Below, one piece after another: positions 53,384-54,626 of a stretch of 54,626 nt of DNA; the stretch's first letter is position 1; every line of letters starts with the position of its first letter. Source of the DNA: a virus (Duplodnaviria; Caudoviricetes); the IMG/VR virus record IMGVR_UViG_3300014155_000001, positions 1-54,626 of that record; one strand, written 5' to 3'. Made by a program: the position numbers and the translations under genes. A model generated the notes under the pieces. That model made no database searches and had not been told where the DNA came from. It was given only the letters and a program-made list of their open reading frames with translations.

Positions 53384-54626
53384 CGCTTCGAGGACGATTT
53401 CGGGCGGGGGAATTTCCTCGTCGGTGAACTTGATCCCGGCTTCTTCTTCGGCGGTGATTTCGCGCAGGATGTCGGCCAAGGCTTCAACGCTGGCTTCGGC
53501 TCCATCCGGCAACAGGTCGGCCTGTTCGTTCATCGTGCGGGCAACTTCGGTAGGGGTGTCGCCGATGGCCACGAGCCAGCCGATTTCCTCGATGGGCGGG
53601 CCGTCCGAAGGAAACCAGATTTTGCCGTCCAGTTCGCAACAGTCAGAAACTTTCAGCCAGGATTTAAGTTCGTCCGGGATGATGAACGAGGCCCAAGCGT
53701 CCGTTTCGCCCTTGATTTTGACCATGCACTCGGCGGAATACTTGTAGCCGTAATCAATTTCGACAAGCTCGCCGTTCGCGCCGTGGTACAGGACTTCGGG
53801 CAAGTTTTTGGCACTCAGGAAAGAGGCGGTTGAAGGCAGTCCACCGCGCGTGGTGGCGTCAATAAAGTAGGATTCATCGTCGGTGACTCGGACTTCCATT
53901 GACCACTGACAGCTATAACCAGTTTGGGCGAGAAACGGCGAGAACGCATCCATGATATGGGTAAGTTCGTCGGGCATTTCCCGTTTGGCGGTGACGGCGG
54001 CAAAGTAGGCTTCATCTTTTTTCTCAATTCCGTGCAGCATGTTTGCCGGCCATTGGCCATGAACGCAATAAGTATCGCCGCCAATTTCGAGTTTGGTTTT
54101 TATTTCATCAAACACGAGAAACGGGACGTGTTCCTTCAACCCGCCCAACTGCACGGCCCACACGTCGAGTTTTTCGGCATCTTCTTCCCAACTGCGCCAG
54201 TGTTTGGTTTCCCACGAGCCGCGCCACATGGAAACCTTGATGTATTGGTCTTTTTTGTCTTTGAGATATTCGGCCAAAGCGGACAGTCCGCGAATGAGTT
54301 TGTAAGGCGGTACGGCCAAGCCAAGCTCACCAAGTTTTTTCAAAAAGAATTCGCGGTCAAGTTCCAGCTTCATCCCGGCCCCGGCACCCCAAACCCGGCA
54401 ACCTTGCTGGCGTAATTCAGCCTGCAACCCGCCGTGGTACAGGTCCGGGAACACAAACAGGTCAATGCTCTTTTTGAGCACCCAAAAATCATTGCACCGG
54501 ATGATGTCCCCGAAACCGGCACCGATAATGCCTTCATTCAGGGTGGGATAACCCTTTTCCCAAGGTGTGTAGTAGAGCACCCGGCCAAAGGACTCGGCCA
54601 GCCGGCGAGCGAGCGGCAAAAAAAAG
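53366..54626 (-). CDS. PurD-like ATP-grasp ligase (about 435 aa including 1-170)
   Basis: VWG...KLELDR.F.K..L.ELGL.VPPY...YIK; E.RV...FIDATTRGGLP resembles the PurD IEFN.RFGDP motif. Confidence 0.8.
   Translation of the reverse strand, partial: FFLPLARRLAESFGRVLYYTPWEKGYPTLNEGIIGAGFGDIIRCNDFWVLKKSIDLFVFPDLYHGGLQAELRQQGCRVWGAGAGMKLELDREFFLKKLGELGLAVPPYKLIRGLSALAEYLKDKKDQYIKVSMWRGSWETKHWRSWEEDAEKLDVWAVQLGGLKEHVPFLVFDEIKTKLEIGGDTYCVHGQWPANMLHGIEKKDEAYFAAVTAKREMPDELTHIMDAFSPFLAQTGYSCQWSMEVRVTDDESYFIDATTRGGLPSTASFLSAKNLPEVLYHGANGELVEIDYGYKYSAECMVKIKGETDAWASFIIPDELKSWLKVSDCCELDGKIWFPSDGPPIEEIGWLVAIGDTPTEVARTMNEQADLLPDGAEASVEALADILREITAEEEAGIKFTDEEIPPPEIVLEASTVGD
54504..54626. repeat. Second copy of the terminal overlap
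   Basis: Identical to 1-123. Confidence 0.97.

Noticed and set aside
53366-54626. Gene symbol purD (auxiliary metabolic gene)
   Set aside because: The similarity is only fold-level, the LAAGKGV-type loop is absent and the context is structural, so no symbol was assigned

Overview
This window looks like a complete, circularly assembled genome (about 54,503 bp unique) of a temperate, P22-like podovirus. Bases 1-123 are repeated exactly at 54504-54626, and an ATP-grasp gene runs across that junction. The host is probably a Verrucomicrobiota (Pedosphaera/Limisphaerales-like) bacterium; this is inferred from the integrase type, two host-like moron proteins and the lack of Shine-Dalgarno motifs. 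Recognisable modules: portal, large terminase, scaffold, GroES, major capsid, tail and ejection proteins (including a 2,147-aa polyvalent ParB/metallopeptidase protein); a glycosyltransferase/methyltransferase/radical-SAM cluster upstream of the portal; a tyrosine integrase; a DUF1376-type replication initiator with iterons, SSB and VRR-NUC; and a variant initiator tRNA. The genome is unusually rich in structured non-coding elements. The best candidate for a new system is a DIP1984/DUF6847-like protein followed directly by a ~360-nt pseudoknotted RNA with an ACCA end, periodic CAAG repeats and an embedded tRNA-like domain. Other notable items are an unannotated 50-aa peptide that copies the capsid N-terminal motif, nested complementarity between the capsid leader and two downstream intergenic hairpins, a repeated CACCACCATG promoter box, and a class of near-leaderless promoters with a YAACGT -10 element. 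All family assignments come from reading motifs by eye; no database searches or folding programs were run.
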